NCBI GenBank assembly: GCA_046726415.1
Contig: JBKPAK010000227.1
Coordinates: 1 to 49,823 of the forward strand
Source: Candidatus Methylomirabilota bacterium
GTDB lineage: Bacteria > Methylomirabilota > Methylomirabilia > Rokubacteriales > CSP1-6
Direction: 5' to 3'
DNA: 49,823 bases
Below the pieces are notes generated by a model that worked only from the letters and a program-made list of their open reading frames with translations, searched no databases and had not been told where the DNA came from. Numbering within the stretch: the first letter of the stretch is position 1; each line of letters starts with the position of its first letter. A program made the translations under genes and the position numbers. Shown piece by piece: positions 37,331 to 47,330 of this stretch.

Positions 37331-38239
37331 CTACAGCTCCTCGATGAACCGATGACTGGCCCGCTTGAAAATTCGGTAACCGCCCCATGCCAATACGGCT
37401 GACGCCGGGGCCAGCAGCGCGAGTGGCCCCAGGCGCGGGGTCTCGCCACGAAGGAGGATCGCGCGGTACGAATCGACCAGGTGGAGCAGGGGATTCAGGG
37501 CAAAGTACGAGCGGTAGTGGGGAGGAATCATGCTCGAGTCGTACACAATGGGTGTCAGATAGAACCCGAGCATGAGGAGGACGCCGAGCGTGTACTGCGT
37601 ATCGCGAAAGGTCACGTGAAGGGCGGCCATCACATAGCTGACGCCGAGGGTCACGAGGAACTGCACGGCGACCAGCACCGGGAGCCAGAGAAGGGCGACT
37701 GAAGGGGGAACGCCAGCCACGGCCACAAAGGGCAGCAGGACGAGCGTCGCCAGGAGAAAGTGAATGAGCTGGGTCACGACGGTGACCACCGGCAGAATAG
37801 CCGCGGGAAAGCCGGGTTGCTTGATGAGGGTGCTGTTGTCCACCACCGAGCTGCTTGCCTGGTAGAGGGAGTTCTGGAACCAACCCCAGACGATGATCCC
37901 GATGAACAGGAAGGAGGCGTAGTTCGGAATGTTGAGAGGCAGCACGACGCGGAAGACGAACGCGAAGACCAGAAGCTGGGCCAACGGATTGAGCAACGTC
38001 CACACCATACCCAGGAGGGAGCGTTTGTAGCGGACCTTGATATCGCGTCCGACGAGCTCTCGCAGGAGATCGGCGGCATGAAGGACCGCGGGTGGGACCG
38101 CCCCGATGACGAGAACGACATCGGTAGACGAACCTTCCCGAGTGACGTGACCCGGGCTGCCCTGGGCCTGCCGTGGCGTGCGGCGCTGGCCCTCCGGGAT
38201 TTCCGCACGAGGGGGCGCGGGGGCCTCCTTGCTGTTCAT
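37331..38239 (-). CDS. wzm: Polysaccharide ABC exporter permease (Wzm); start may be internal
   Basis: RDIKVRYKRSLLGMVWTLLNPL, FRD, FYLTPIVY and LNP. Confidence 0.92.
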   Translation of the reverse strand: MNSKEAPAPPRAEIPEGQRRTPRQAQGSPGHVTREGSSTDVVLVIGAVPPAVLHAADLLRELVGRDIKVRYKRSLLGMVWTLLNPLAQLLVFAFVFRVVLPLNIPNYASFLFIGIIVWGWFQNSLYQASSSVVDNSTLIKQPGFPAAILPVVTVVTQLIHFLLATLVLLPFVAVAGVPPSVALLWLPVLVAVQFLVTLGVSYVMAALHVTFRDTQYTLGVLLMLGFYLTPIVYDSSMIPPHYRSYFALNPLLHLVDSYRAILLRGETPRLGPLALLAPASAVLAWGGYRIFKRASHRFIEEL

Positions 38240-39555
38240 GGGAGCCTCGGTGGCTCCCCTCGAGGAAGGGCGTTTTCGCTGCGCGCGGTGACGCTGAGGC
38301 TCAGCCCCGGTGGTTGAGCGGGCGCGCGGAAGGAGTCGAGGACAAGCAGACCCAGGAGGGGCAGCGCATGGTGGTGGACCAATGCTTCCCGAACGTGCAC
38401 GGCCCTGATTGGCTCGGCGCCAGCGACCGGAGGGATTCGACCTAACGGCCGCTCGTGGAATCGCAGAAGCACGGCGTCGGGCCGTGCCTGATTGAGAATC
38501 GCGTCGAGTCTTTCCACATCGGTCGCGAGGTCGATCTCGATCTCGTGCATCGCGGCCGGCTCCTCAGCGGATCGCTTGAGTCGCTCCCAGCCCTCGCGGG
38601 ACCCAACCGCGGCCATTACGCCGCGCCAGAAATTGTAGCCGTCCAGGCCGTCGAAAATTCGCCACGCGATGTCGATGAGCCGGACGGCCGCACAAATGGA
38701 GAAGGTCCTGTGCAACATCCACGCTGCCATGTCGGCCAGCACCGGGAGGCACCAAGCGATGCGCCAGAGTGGACGGTTCAGGGGGCGGGCACTGAACTCG
38801 CTGAGCCGGCGCAGCCGGAGGACCCCGAACAGTTCAGGGTACTTCTGGGCAAGGAGAACCTGGGAGTATCCGTCCTGTCTTGACCGTCGCAGCGCTTTCG
38901 CCGGCGACGCTGTCGCGTGGTGGGTACTGAAGGCCTCACGCGAGAAGTAGAAGTGCGCACCGTGCCGCAAGAGACGCATGCCAAGGTCATAGTCTTCCCC
39001 GGAAGCTCTCTGGAACCCAGGATCGAATCCGCCTACGGCGCCCAAAAGCCGCTGCGACAAGGAAAAGTTTCCGGCGCAGAGATCCCAGAAGCTGTAGCGA
39101 TGCGCCGGCTGTGCCAGTTCCGCGAACCGTCGGTCCCACCAGAGCTTGAGCGCGACGTGGAACGGGTCGGCTCGACCGGTCGACGGAGGCATCGGGAAAT
39201 AGCCGAGCACAACGCTATCCGAGTTCGCCTCGTGAGCAGCCAGGTGAGCCGTCACCAGGCCAGGCGAAGCCATCATATCATCGTCGAGGAAGAGCAGAAG
39301 GGGAGCGGCGGCGGCAGACGCGCCACAATTACGCGCCGCGGCCGCACCAAGCTCCGCCTGTTCGAGAAGAGTCAAGGCATATGGGACGTCGAGGTCTTTA
39401 ACCCTGCGTGCGGTATCGTCCAGGCACCCATCGGCCACCACGATGACCTCGAAGAGACGCGGCGCCGAGTCCTGACGGGTCAACGATGCCAGCGTTTGCA
39501 ACAGCCGAGCGCAGCGATTGTACGTCGGGATGATGACACTGATCCGGGGCTTCAT
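38236..39555 (-). CDS. Glycosyltransferase family 2 with C-terminal accessory domain
   Basis: ISVIIPTYNR, VADG, FLDDD, AGNFS and GEDYDLG. ATGA overlap with the upstream gene. Confidence 0.92.
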   Translation of the reverse strand: MKPRISVIIPTYNRCARLLQTLASLTRQDSAPRLFEVIVVADGCLDDTARRVKDLDVPYALTLLEQAELGAAAARNCGASAAAAPLLLFLDDDMMASPGLVTAHLAAHEANSDSVVLGYFPMPPSTGRADPFHVALKLWWDRRFAELAQPAHRYSFWDLCAGNFSLSQRLLGAVGGFDPGFQRASGEDYDLGMRLLRHGAHFYFSREAFSTHHATASPAKALRRSRQDGYSQVLLAQKYPELFGVLRLRRLSEFSARPLNRPLWRIAWCLPVLADMAAWMLHRTFSICAAVRLIDIAWRIFDGLDGYNFWRGVMAAVGSREGWERLKRSAEEPAAMHEIEIDLATDVERLDAILNQARPDAVLLRFHERPLGRIPPVAGAEPIRAVHVREALVHHHALPLLGLLVLDSFRAPAQPPGLSLSVTARSENALPRGEPPRLP

Positions 39556-40772
39556 GTCACCTCGCCGACAAGGGAAGCGGCTTCGCATGGGTCGGGGTGG
39601 CCTTGTCGGCGCCGCAGACTCCTCGCGAAAGCCCAGGGGGCGGTCAGAGCCCCCCGCCATTCTGCCAGGGTCAACGAGGGCGGCTGGGCATCAGGATGAT
39701 GACGGAGACCTCGCCAGAGTTGGCGCACGTGGTGCTTGAGAAACCAGCCCATGCCGGCGAAAAATGCCTGCAGGTCGCCGTGTGCCACCATGCAGCGGAG
39801 CAGATAGCAATAGGCGCCGACGCTGTACCCGAACAGCGTAGAGCGCAGCTCGTGGTCGCTGCGTCGATGCCTGTGCCAAGACAGAGCCTCGGGATTGTAG
39901 ACGATCACGTGGCCCGAACGCAGGAGTCGATAGAAGGCGTAGTGGTCTCCCCCGGATCGGGTGAGGGTGCCGCCGTCGAGCTCAACGTCGAAGAGGCGCA
40001 TTCCGGTGACCAGCTCACGGCGTATGGCCATACTGGCTCCCGCCCCGACCCTCGCACAGCCCACCGGCCTGAGCGTGTTTGCGGAGAAGGAGCGCCGTTC
40101 GAAGCCCCGCCCAAAGCCGACGAACCGCTCGAACGCTTCCTGAGCTGGCGTCTCGAGCTCGAGAGGGAGCACGAGTCCGGTGACCGCCCCCACTGCAGCG
40201 TCGGCAAATGGTGACCGCATGGCATCGACCCAAGCTCGATCCACGACGACATCATCGTCCGTGTAGATCACAACATCGCTCGTGGCCACTCGCGCTCCAC
40301 GGCTCCGAGCCCAGTTCAGTCCCGGCCTGTGCTCAACGACGTACTGGACGGGGTAGGAGGCCGCCACCCGCGCGGTCGCGTCATCCAGAGGGGCGTTGTC
40401 CACGACGATGATCTCCGCGGCGGTGCCCGACCTGCAGATCGAGTCGAGGCAGCGGCGCAATTCCCGGGCACGGTTCCGCGTACAGACGATGACGCTGCAT
40501 GAGATCGGTGGCGCGGCGCATCGACCACCTATGTCGGGGAGGGGGCACAAGAGCGTCTCGACAGCAGCGGCGGCAAGGCGATCTCCGACCGCGCTCCCCG
40601 CCGCTAACCAGAGGTCGATCGCTTCGATGCGGCCGTCGGTGACGGGAAGCTCGAGTTGACCGAGCGGCCTTCCTCGCCATCGCAGGAGCACCAGGGCCGA
40701 TGGATATCGAGGCGGGACGTCGATCGCTCGCGGGGGGTCCGCCAAGTCCACGTCAACGCAGCTCTTCGCCAT
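39552..40772 (-). CDS. Glycosyltransferase family 2 with N-terminal accessory domain
   Basis: SVIVCTRNR, VVDNAP, GLNWAR, YTDDD and GASMA. Confidence 0.92.
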   Translation of the reverse strand: MAKSCVDVDLADPPRAIDVPPRYPSALVLLRWRGRPLGQLELPVTDGRIEAIDLWLAAGSAVGDRLAAAAVETLLCPLPDIGGRCAAPPISCSVIVCTRNRARELRRCLDSICRSGTAAEIIVVDNAPLDDATARVAASYPVQYVVEHRPGLNWARSRGARVATSDVVIYTDDDVVVDRAWVDAMRSPFADAAVGAVTGLVLPLELETPAQEAFERFVGFGRGFERRSFSANTLRPVGCARVGAGASMAIRRELVTGMRLFDVELDGGTLTRSGGDHYAFYRLLRSGHVIVYNPEALSWHRHRRSDHELRSTLFGYSVGAYCYLLRCMVAHGDLQAFFAGMGWFLKHHVRQLWRGLRHHPDAQPPSLTLAEWRGALTAPWAFARSLRRRQGHPDPCEAASLVGEVT

Positions 40773-40790
40773 CGTGTCTCGCGATCTCGG

Positions 40791-42491
40791 TCAGCGCACT
40801 GACCCTGTCGTCGCGCAATCCGCTGGCGCTCTCGCCGCTCCAAGTACCTCCGGCGAAGCGGAGCCGTTCGACTCCCCTCGCGGCGGGCGGGTTGCTGGTC
40901 TGTAAGGGTCCGGGAAACTGAGAAGGAGCTCGGTCGCGAGCAGCCCAGCCGAGGCGGTTGCGAGGATCGCCCCCGCCGCGAGGGGGATCAGAGAAGACGG
41001 GCCCCCGCTGCTCATTCTCGTTGTAATGGCCACTCCGATTGCGATGACCGCGATACCATGCGGCCACAATGCCGGTCCTGCGAGCCCGGCCCGCCGGGTT
41101 TTCGGAGTGGTGTCGTAGGCAGACCTGCGTCCGAGCACGCCCTCGATCGCGCCCGCGAGGACGTACGGCCACTTCGCATAGCTCAGCACGGCCGCTCGCC
41201 AACGAACCCGGGCGCGTCCCCCACGATCGAGGTAGAACGTGCGTTGGAACTGCTCGCACAGCAGTAGTGCGATGAGCAGCGCCGCACTCCACATCAGCAG
41301 GGGCCGGCTCGACAAGTCTAGGTCGACGGGGCAGGCGATACCGTACAGAGCCAGCAAGAAAACTCCGCAAAAAGAAAGCGCCCCTCGCAGAAAGCTCATT
41401 CCGTGCAGCAGCCCGAGGAGGCGGGAGCCCAGCGGCAACGAGCGGGCAAGCCTAGGATAAACACGCAGCTTCAGGTCGACCAGTGCTCGTGCCCAGCGGC
41501 GCTGCTGACGCAGGTACGTAAGCCAGTCTACGGGGGCGAGCCCGCGGGCCAGCGGGCGCGGGACGTAAACACCGCGCCAACCTCGACTGCGGTATAGCAG
41601 CGTCAGCATTACGTCGTCCGCGTGATGGGGGGCGAACCCCCCCATCGCTCTGAGGGCCGCGACGCGATGTGTATTGTGGCATCCGATGATGATGGGATGG
41701 CCGGCCGCGTCTCCGGCCAGCTGGATACAAGAGTAGAACGGCGCGGCTTCCTCAGCCGCGCCACCCGAGATGAAGTTCACGTCCGCATTGTGGAAGAGCT
41801 GCGGCACTTGCACGTAGCCCACATTGGGATCTTCGAAGGAGCCCAGCACGCTCGTCAGGTAACGGCGGTCGGGTACATGATCGGGGTCGAAGGCCGCCAT
41901 GATTTCATACCGGTGGAACCCGACCTCATGTAACCAGGCGTTGTAGTTGCCGTGCTTGGCGCGCGCTTCGAAGGAACCTGCCGTCTGGTAATGCGGCATG
42001 TGTTTTCGAGAGAAGTGGTACACCCCCAGGCGACGGCAAAGGGTCTTAACCTGGTCGTCGTCATCCTCATCGAGCACCCAGGTTTCGTGCCGATATTCCA
42101 TGGCGGCGAGGGCTCGCAACGTTTCCTCTAACATATCCAGGGACTCGAGGCCGGGGACGAACGTCGTCACCACGCCGACGGATCGGTCGGTGCGGGGAGC
42201 TATTGGCCGCGACCGTCTCATTCTTGGGAGGAGCCACCAAGCAAACGCCTGCATCGATAACGAACCGAGAACCAGGAGCGAGGCGACGGCCATGATCGCC
42301 CGGTGCTGACGCCATGCCGCAACGGACACCCAGTGGGACAGGAATCCCGATGTCGCCACGAGTGCGACGAGCGTCAGCCCGACGAAAACGGCATGGTCCC
42401 GGGCTTGAAACACTCGGTCGCGTATGATGGCTGGGCCCGCCCGATGTTCGGAGACTCCCGAGCGGCAGTCAGTTTGACTGGCGACACTCAT
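40791..42491 (-). CDS. Processive cellulose-synthase-like GT2 membrane glycosyltransferase (no PilZ)
   Basis: WVLDE, AKHGNYN, FDPDHVP, QVPQ, ADD and QQRRW, with N- and C-terminal TM segments. Confidence 0.88.
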   Translation of the reverse strand: MSVASQTDCRSGVSEHRAGPAIIRDRVFQARDHAVFVGLTLVALVATSGFLSHWVSVAAWRQHRAIMAVASLLVLGSLSMQAFAWWLLPRMRRSRPIAPRTDRSVGVVTTFVPGLESLDMLEETLRALAAMEYRHETWVLDEDDDDQVKTLCRRLGVYHFSRKHMPHYQTAGSFEARAKHGNYNAWLHEVGFHRYEIMAAFDPDHVPDRRYLTSVLGSFEDPNVGYVQVPQLFHNADVNFISGGAAEEAAPFYSCIQLAGDAAGHPIIIGCHNTHRVAALRAMGGFAPHHADDVMLTLLYRSRGWRGVYVPRPLARGLAPVDWLTYLRQQRRWARALVDLKLRVYPRLARSLPLGSRLLGLLHGMSFLRGALSFCGVFLLALYGIACPVDLDLSSRPLLMWSAALLIALLLCEQFQRTFYLDRGGRARVRWRAAVLSYAKWPYVLAGAIEGVLGRRSAYDTTPKTRRAGLAGPALWPHGIAVIAIGVAITTRMSSGGPSSLIPLAAGAILATASAGLLATELLLSFPDPYRPATRPPRGESNGSASPEVLGAARAPADCATTGSVR

Positions 42492-43232
42492 CCCGAGGTT
42501 GTCCCGAGTGGAACGGGGAAACGGCCGGAGCCGAGCGCTTGCCTTGGCACAGAATGCCCCAGCGGCCGCCGCAGGATGTTGCCGCGTCTCTCAACGCCAG
42601 GTCTTCCCCGCACGAGCTGGCCTCGCTGGAAGCACCGCCGCGTGCTCTGAGCGAAACGAGCGCCTTCGAGAGCGGATTGGCGAAGGGGCTACAGAGCGTG
42701 GTTCTCAGCTCAGCCCCCGTACTCATGGGAGGCGACCACCCGACGACCGCCCCATGTCGCCCAATGGCCTCGGCGGCACCAACATCGCGCAGATGGAGCG
42801 GAGTTCACGGGCCACGATCCTGCGACACGCAGGCCACGCTGTCAAGCAGCGTGATCCGTATGTGGCCCTAGGGCCGGTGCGGGGAAGTCGCTCGGTGTTG
42901 ACGAGACACAGAATGGGTGGTGTGCCGGATCAGCGAGATCCTGTCACGCGGCGGGCGTGGGAGCGCGACGGGCGCGTTCGGGCGTGCGGCCTGTCGAACG
43001 CCAGCTGCGTGAGCAGGGGACGGAGCGACTCGGGCCGCGTGGGCATGCCACGGGCTGGAAGCAACGGTGGCGCTGTGGAGTGTCGCCACCACAGCTCTGG
43101 CGTGAGGTTGACCTATCGCTCTCGTACGTCTTGGTCGGCTGACCCGCCCGCGTCGACGCGACCACGCGGTCGGAGACCGACGCGGTCTTCGAGCTTGGAC
43201 CCACCCGAGAGTTGAGGCGTCGGGGATTGCGC

Positions 43233-43238
43233 TATGAT
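43233..43238 (+). promoter_or_regulatory. Putative -10 box (TATGAT) for a leaderless transcript
   Basis: TATGAT lies 6 nt upstream of ATG 43245, with no SD in between. Confidence 0.4.
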
Positions 43239-43244
43239 GCGCCC

Positions 43245-46200
43245 ATGAACGTCCTGACCGAGATCGTCGGCGATAGTCCCGGCATCGTCAGCCTGCGCGG
43301 GCGGGTCCAGCAGATCTTGAAGGCCGCGGCTCGACGTCTACCGCCACTCCTGATCCGCGGCGAGACCGGGACCGGCAAAGGTCTCATCGCCCGCACGATT
43401 CATCGGGCCGGCCCCCGCGCGAGCGGTCCCTTCGTTGACATCAACTGCGCCGCCATTCCCGAACAGCTGCTCGAAGCCGAGTTGTTCGGCTACGAACGCG
43501 GGGCCTTCACCGACGCTCGCCGCTCGAAGCCAGGGCTCTTCCAGACCGCCCACCGGGGCACCCTGTTCCTCGACGAGATCGCCTTGCTTCCCGAGCCACT
43601 CCAGGCGAAGCTCCTAAAGGTCCTCGAGGATGGCGCCGTTCGTCGCCTGGGCGCCACGGCGGTCGAGGTGGTGGATGTCTGGATCATCAGCGCCACCAAT
43701 GCCGATCTCGCCGCCGCGGTGAGGGAGCGCCGGTTCCGCGAGGACCTCTACCATCGGCTTGCCGTGCTGACGATCGACATTCCACCGTTGCGCATGCGCG
43801 GCGACGACGTCATCCGGCTCGCCGAACACTTCCTGGCCCGCGCCTGCGTCGACTACGGCCTACCCGCGCGGGTGCTGGCGCCCGACGCGCGGGCCCGTCT
43901 GCTCGCTTTCCCCTGGCCTGGCAACGTCAGGGAGCTGGCGAACACGATGGAGCGGGCGGCCCTCCTGGCCGAGACTCCTCAAGTGACGGTAACCATGCTC
44001 AACCTCAAGGAAGAGCCGCCAGGTGCTCCGCGTCGCTCTGGAGTCAGCTCCCTGGATCAGGCAATGCGCGACCATGTCGAGGCGGCCCTCGCCCAGACCG
44101 GTGGGAACATCAGCCAGGCGGCGGCAAGGCTCGGGTTGACGAGGAACGCCCTCAGGTCGCGCATACAGAAGCTCGGTCTGCGCGGCGGCGATGCCCCCCA
44201 AGGCCCTCGCACGACGGGCGCTCCGGCTGAGAGCGCGGTGCCGTCCCCGGTAGAGAGAGCTGCCGAGCGAACCGTGGAGGCCACCCCGGTGCCGGCGCCG
44301 GGCGTCGTCTCGTTCCGCTGGGAGCGTCGGCTGATCACGGTTCTCGGAGCCGCTCTCGCCGGCCCCGAGGAGGCGGTCCCGTTCCAGTTCGCTTCAGCGC
44401 TGGAGCAGCTGGTCGGGAAGCTCAGGAGCTTTGGCGCCCGTGTCGAAGAGCTGGCCCCCGACCGCATCGTCGCCGTCTTCGGGTTCGAGCCCGTAGAAGA
44501 TGCGCCGCGGCGGGCCGCCCACGCCGCGCTAGCCATGCTCAAGGCCCTCGAGCGGCTCGAAGGTAGCTCCATCCAGCAGCTGACCGCGCGATTCGCCCTC
44601 CACGTGTCCCGATGCCTGATCGCCCAGTCCGGCGACGTCGCGGGAATGGATGCGGCGGATCGCCGCGCGGCCTGGAGCGCTCTCGATGCATTGCTCGAGA
44701 AGGCCGAACCCCGCACCATCCTGGTGGACGCGAGCTGTGCCCGGCTCTTGGAGCGGCGCTTCGAGCTGGAACCGGCGACGGAGGTGGCTGGCCGAGTCGA
44801 AGCGATGTATCGCGTCGTCGGTCATGAGCGAAGTGGGTTCGAGGTCGGCGGGATCGCGCTGAGTCGCTTCGTCGGCCGACAGCGCGAGTTGGCGATGCTG
44901 CGTGAGCTTCTGACCAGGGTCGAGGAGGGGCGAGGGCAAGTCGTGGGCATCCTCGGCGAGCCGGGCGTCGGCAAGTCGCGCCTCCTTTACGAGTTCCGGG
45001 AGAGCCTCGAGCCGGGCCGGGTTAGATACTTCGAGGGTAGCTGCCTCTCCTACGGAAGCACGATTCCGTACCTGCCCATCATTGACATCGTACGCCATGG
45101 CCTGGGGGTGCTCGAGACGGACCCGCCCGACGTGATCGCGGCGAAGGTGCAGACCGGGCTACAGGCACTGGGCATGGATCCCGCGGTCTCGGCGCCCTAT
45201 CTCCTTCACCTTCTCGGCAGCACGGAAGGAGCGGAGGCGGTGGTCGGCCGCAGCCCCGAGGCGATCAAGGCGATCAAGGCGCGCACGATGGAAGTGCTGC
45301 GGGAGATGGGAATCGCGGGGAGTCGCCAGGGCCTGATCGTTTTCGCCGTCGAGGATCTCCAGTGGATCGACCAGACATCCGAAGATGCGCTGGCCTCGCT
45401 GGCCGAGAGCCTCGCCGGTTGGCCGGTCATTCTCATCACCACATACCGCCCAGGTTATCAGCCGCCCTGGCTGGGACGGTCCTATGCCAGCCAGATCGGG
45501 CTCGATCGGCTGACGCCGGCCGACAGCCTTGAAGTCGTCCATTCGGTCGTCCCTGAGCACGAGCTGGCGCCCGGGGTGGCGGAGATGATCGTGGCCCATG
45601 CCGAGGGAGTGCCGTTCTTCCTGGAGGAACTGGCTCGTGCGGTGGCCGACCACCCGGACTTGCGCTCGGACGTCATGGTGCCCGATACCATCCAGGGCGT
45701 CCTGGAGGCGCGCCTCGACCGCCTGCCGGACGCGGAGAAGCAACTCCTTCAGGTGGCGTCCGTCATCGGCAAGGACGTGCCGGTTCCCCTCCTGCGGGCG
45801 GTGGCCGGTGTGCCCGAGGCAGATCTTCGGCGCGGCCTCTCACGCCTCCAGGCCACGGAGTTCATCTATCTGAGAAAGGTATCGCCTGCCGAAGAGTACA
45901 CGTTCAAGCACGCTCTCACCCATGACGTCATTTACGAGAGCCTGCTGGCGCCGCGCCGGAAGGCCCTGCACGGCATTGTGGGGCGCAGCATCGAGGATCT
46001 CTACGCCGACCAGCTCGAAGAGCAGGCGGTGGTCCTTGCCCATCATTACGCTCGCAGCGACCACCAGGACCAGGCGATCAAGTATGCCTTGCTGGCGGGG
46101 GATCGGGCCGCTCGCGTGTACGCCAATACCGAGGCCGCCACCTATTACGACCAAGCGCTCGCCTTGACCCGCGCGCTGACGACCTCGCCCGAGCGACAGC

Positions 46201-47330
46201 GGGCCGAGATCGACGCCTGCCTCAAGCGCGCGAACGTGAGCACAACCCGGGAAGCCCAGGACGAGGACCGCGACAACCTGGAGCAGGCGCGGACGCTCGC
46301 CCAGAGGCTGGAGGACGAACCTCGCCGGGCGCGCGTGCTCTACTGGCTGGGGCGCCTCGCCTACGTTCGCGGTGCCTTCCAGGTCGCCACCGGCTATGCC
46401 GAACAGAGTCTGGCCATCGCCGACCGACTGGGCGATGAAGATCTGGCAGCGCCGCCGGTGAATCTCATGGGGCGGAGCTACTACTTGATGGGAGAGCACA
46501 CCCGCGCCGGCGAGCTGCTGGCCCGGAGCGTCGAGCAGATGCGGGCGCTCGGGAACACAACCGAGGAAGCCACTGCCGCCGGCTACAGCGGCGTCGCCTT
46601 GGCCGCTCTCGGCGCCTTCGACCGAGCGTTGCCGTACGCCGACCGCGGCCTTCGTCTCGCCGAGACGCTGGGCAATCCGTTCGTGCAGGCCGCCGCCTAT
46701 AACTACCGCGCAGTGGCCTATTGCCACCAAGGGGCCGGCGCCCAGGCGATTGCCGATTGCGAAAACGCGCGACGGCTGGCCGAGCGGTCGGCCGATCACT
46801 TCCGCATCTATCTGCTGCAGTTCTACGAAGGTCAGGCGTACCTCATGATCGGTGATCCGGGCCGAGCGCGGGAGCTGCTCGACAACAGCATCGCGCTCGC
46901 CAAGCAACTCGGGACCACCACCCTGCTCGCCTGGGGCCAGGGCTTGCTGGCCACGGCCCTCCTCGCGCTCGGCGAAGACTCTGCAGTGCCGGCCCTGTGC
47001 GAGGAGGCCATCCGACTGGCCGAGGACACACGCGACCGGCTGGCCAACGCCCTGGCCCACCGGACGCTGGCCGAAGCGCTGGCCCGCCTGACGCCGCCTG
47101 ACGTCGAACGGGCTGAGCGCGCCGTCCTCGACGCGATCCGCATCCAGCAAGAGCTCGGTTGCCGGCCTGAACTGGCCCGGAGCTATGTGGCCTACGCGCG
47201 TTTGCTGAACAGGTGGAACCGGGCCGACGAAGCGAAAAAATTCATCCTGGACGCGGTCGGCATGTTCCGGGGAATGGGGATGACGCACGACCTGGCCGAA
47301 GCCGAGCGGGAAGCATCGAGTCTGGCCTAG
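43245..47330 (+). CDS. Sigma54-interaction AAA+ / Fis-HTH / degenerate cyclase-like / STAND-type AAA ATPase / TPR multidomain regulator
   Basis: GETGTGKG, ELFGYERGAFTDA, LFLDEI, WPGNVREL, GGNISQAAARLG, FVGRQRE, GEPGVGKS, VEDLQW, GVPFF, YTFKHAL and TPR repeats. Confidence 0.92.
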   Translation: MNVLTEIVGDSPGIVSLRGRVQQILKAAARRLPPLLIRGETGTGKGLIARTIHRAGPRASGPFVDINCAAIPEQLLEAELFGYERGAFTDARRSKPGLFQTAHRGTLFLDEIALLPEPLQAKLLKVLEDGAVRRLGATAVEVVDVWIISATNADLAAAVRERRFREDLYHRLAVLTIDIPPLRMRGDDVIRLAEHFLARACVDYGLPARVLAPDARARLLAFPWPGNVRELANTMERAALLAETPQVTVTMLNLKEEPPGAPRRSGVSSLDQAMRDHVEAALAQTGGNISQAAARLGLTRNALRSRIQKLGLRGGDAPQGPRTTGAPAESAVPSPVERAAERTVEATPVPAPGVVSFRWERRLITVLGAALAGPEEAVPFQFASALEQLVGKLRSFGARVEELAPDRIVAVFGFEPVEDAPRRAAHAALAMLKALERLEGSSIQQLTARFALHVSRCLIAQSGDVAGMDAADRRAAWSALDALLEKAEPRTILVDASCARLLERRFELEPATEVAGRVEAMYRVVGHERSGFEVGGIALSRFVGRQRELAMLRELLTRVEEGRGQVVGILGEPGVGKSRLLYEFRESLEPGRVRYFEGSCLSYGSTIPYLPIIDIVRHGLGVLETDPPDVIAAKVQTGLQALGMDPAVSAPYLLHLLGSTEGAEAVVGRSPEAIKAIKARTMEVLREMGIAGSRQGLIVFAVEDLQWIDQTSEDALASLAESLAGWPVILITTYRPGYQPPWLGRSYASQIGLDRLTPADSLEVVHSVVPEHELAPGVAEMIVAHAEGVPFFLEELARAVADHPDLRSDVMVPDTIQGVLEARLDRLPDAEKQLLQVASVIGKDVPVPLLRAVAGVPEADLRRGLSRLQATEFIYLRKVSPAEEYTFKHALTHDVIYESLLAPRRKALHGIVGRSIEDLYADQLEEQAVVLAHHYARSDHQDQAIKYALLAGDRAARVYANTEAATYYDQALALTRALTTSPERQRAEIDACLKRANVSTTREAQDEDRDNLEQARTLAQRLEDEPRRARVLYWLGRLAYVRGAFQVATGYAEQSLAIADRLGDEDLAAPPVNLMGRSYYLMGEHTRAGELLARSVEQMRALGNTTEEATAAGYSGVALAALGAFDRALPYADRGLRLAETLGNPFVQAAAYNYRAVAYCHQGAGAQAIADCENARRLAERSADHFRIYLLQFYEGQAYLMIGDPGRARELLDNSIALAKQLGTTTLLAWGQGLLATALLALGEDSAVPALCEEAIRLAEDTRDRLANALAHRTLAEALARLTPPDVERAERAVLDAIRIQQELGCRPELARSYVAYARLLNRWNRADEAKKFILDAVGMFRGMGMTHDLAEAEREASSLA

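Noticed and set aside
42544-42557. TGGCAC..TGC sigma54 promoter-like site
   Set aside because: GG-GC spacing is 8 rather than 10, and the orientation is opposite to the glycan operon.
42499-43215. 238-aa ORF in the intergenic region
   Set aside because: No motif, atypical composition and no RBS; treated as non-coding or decayed.
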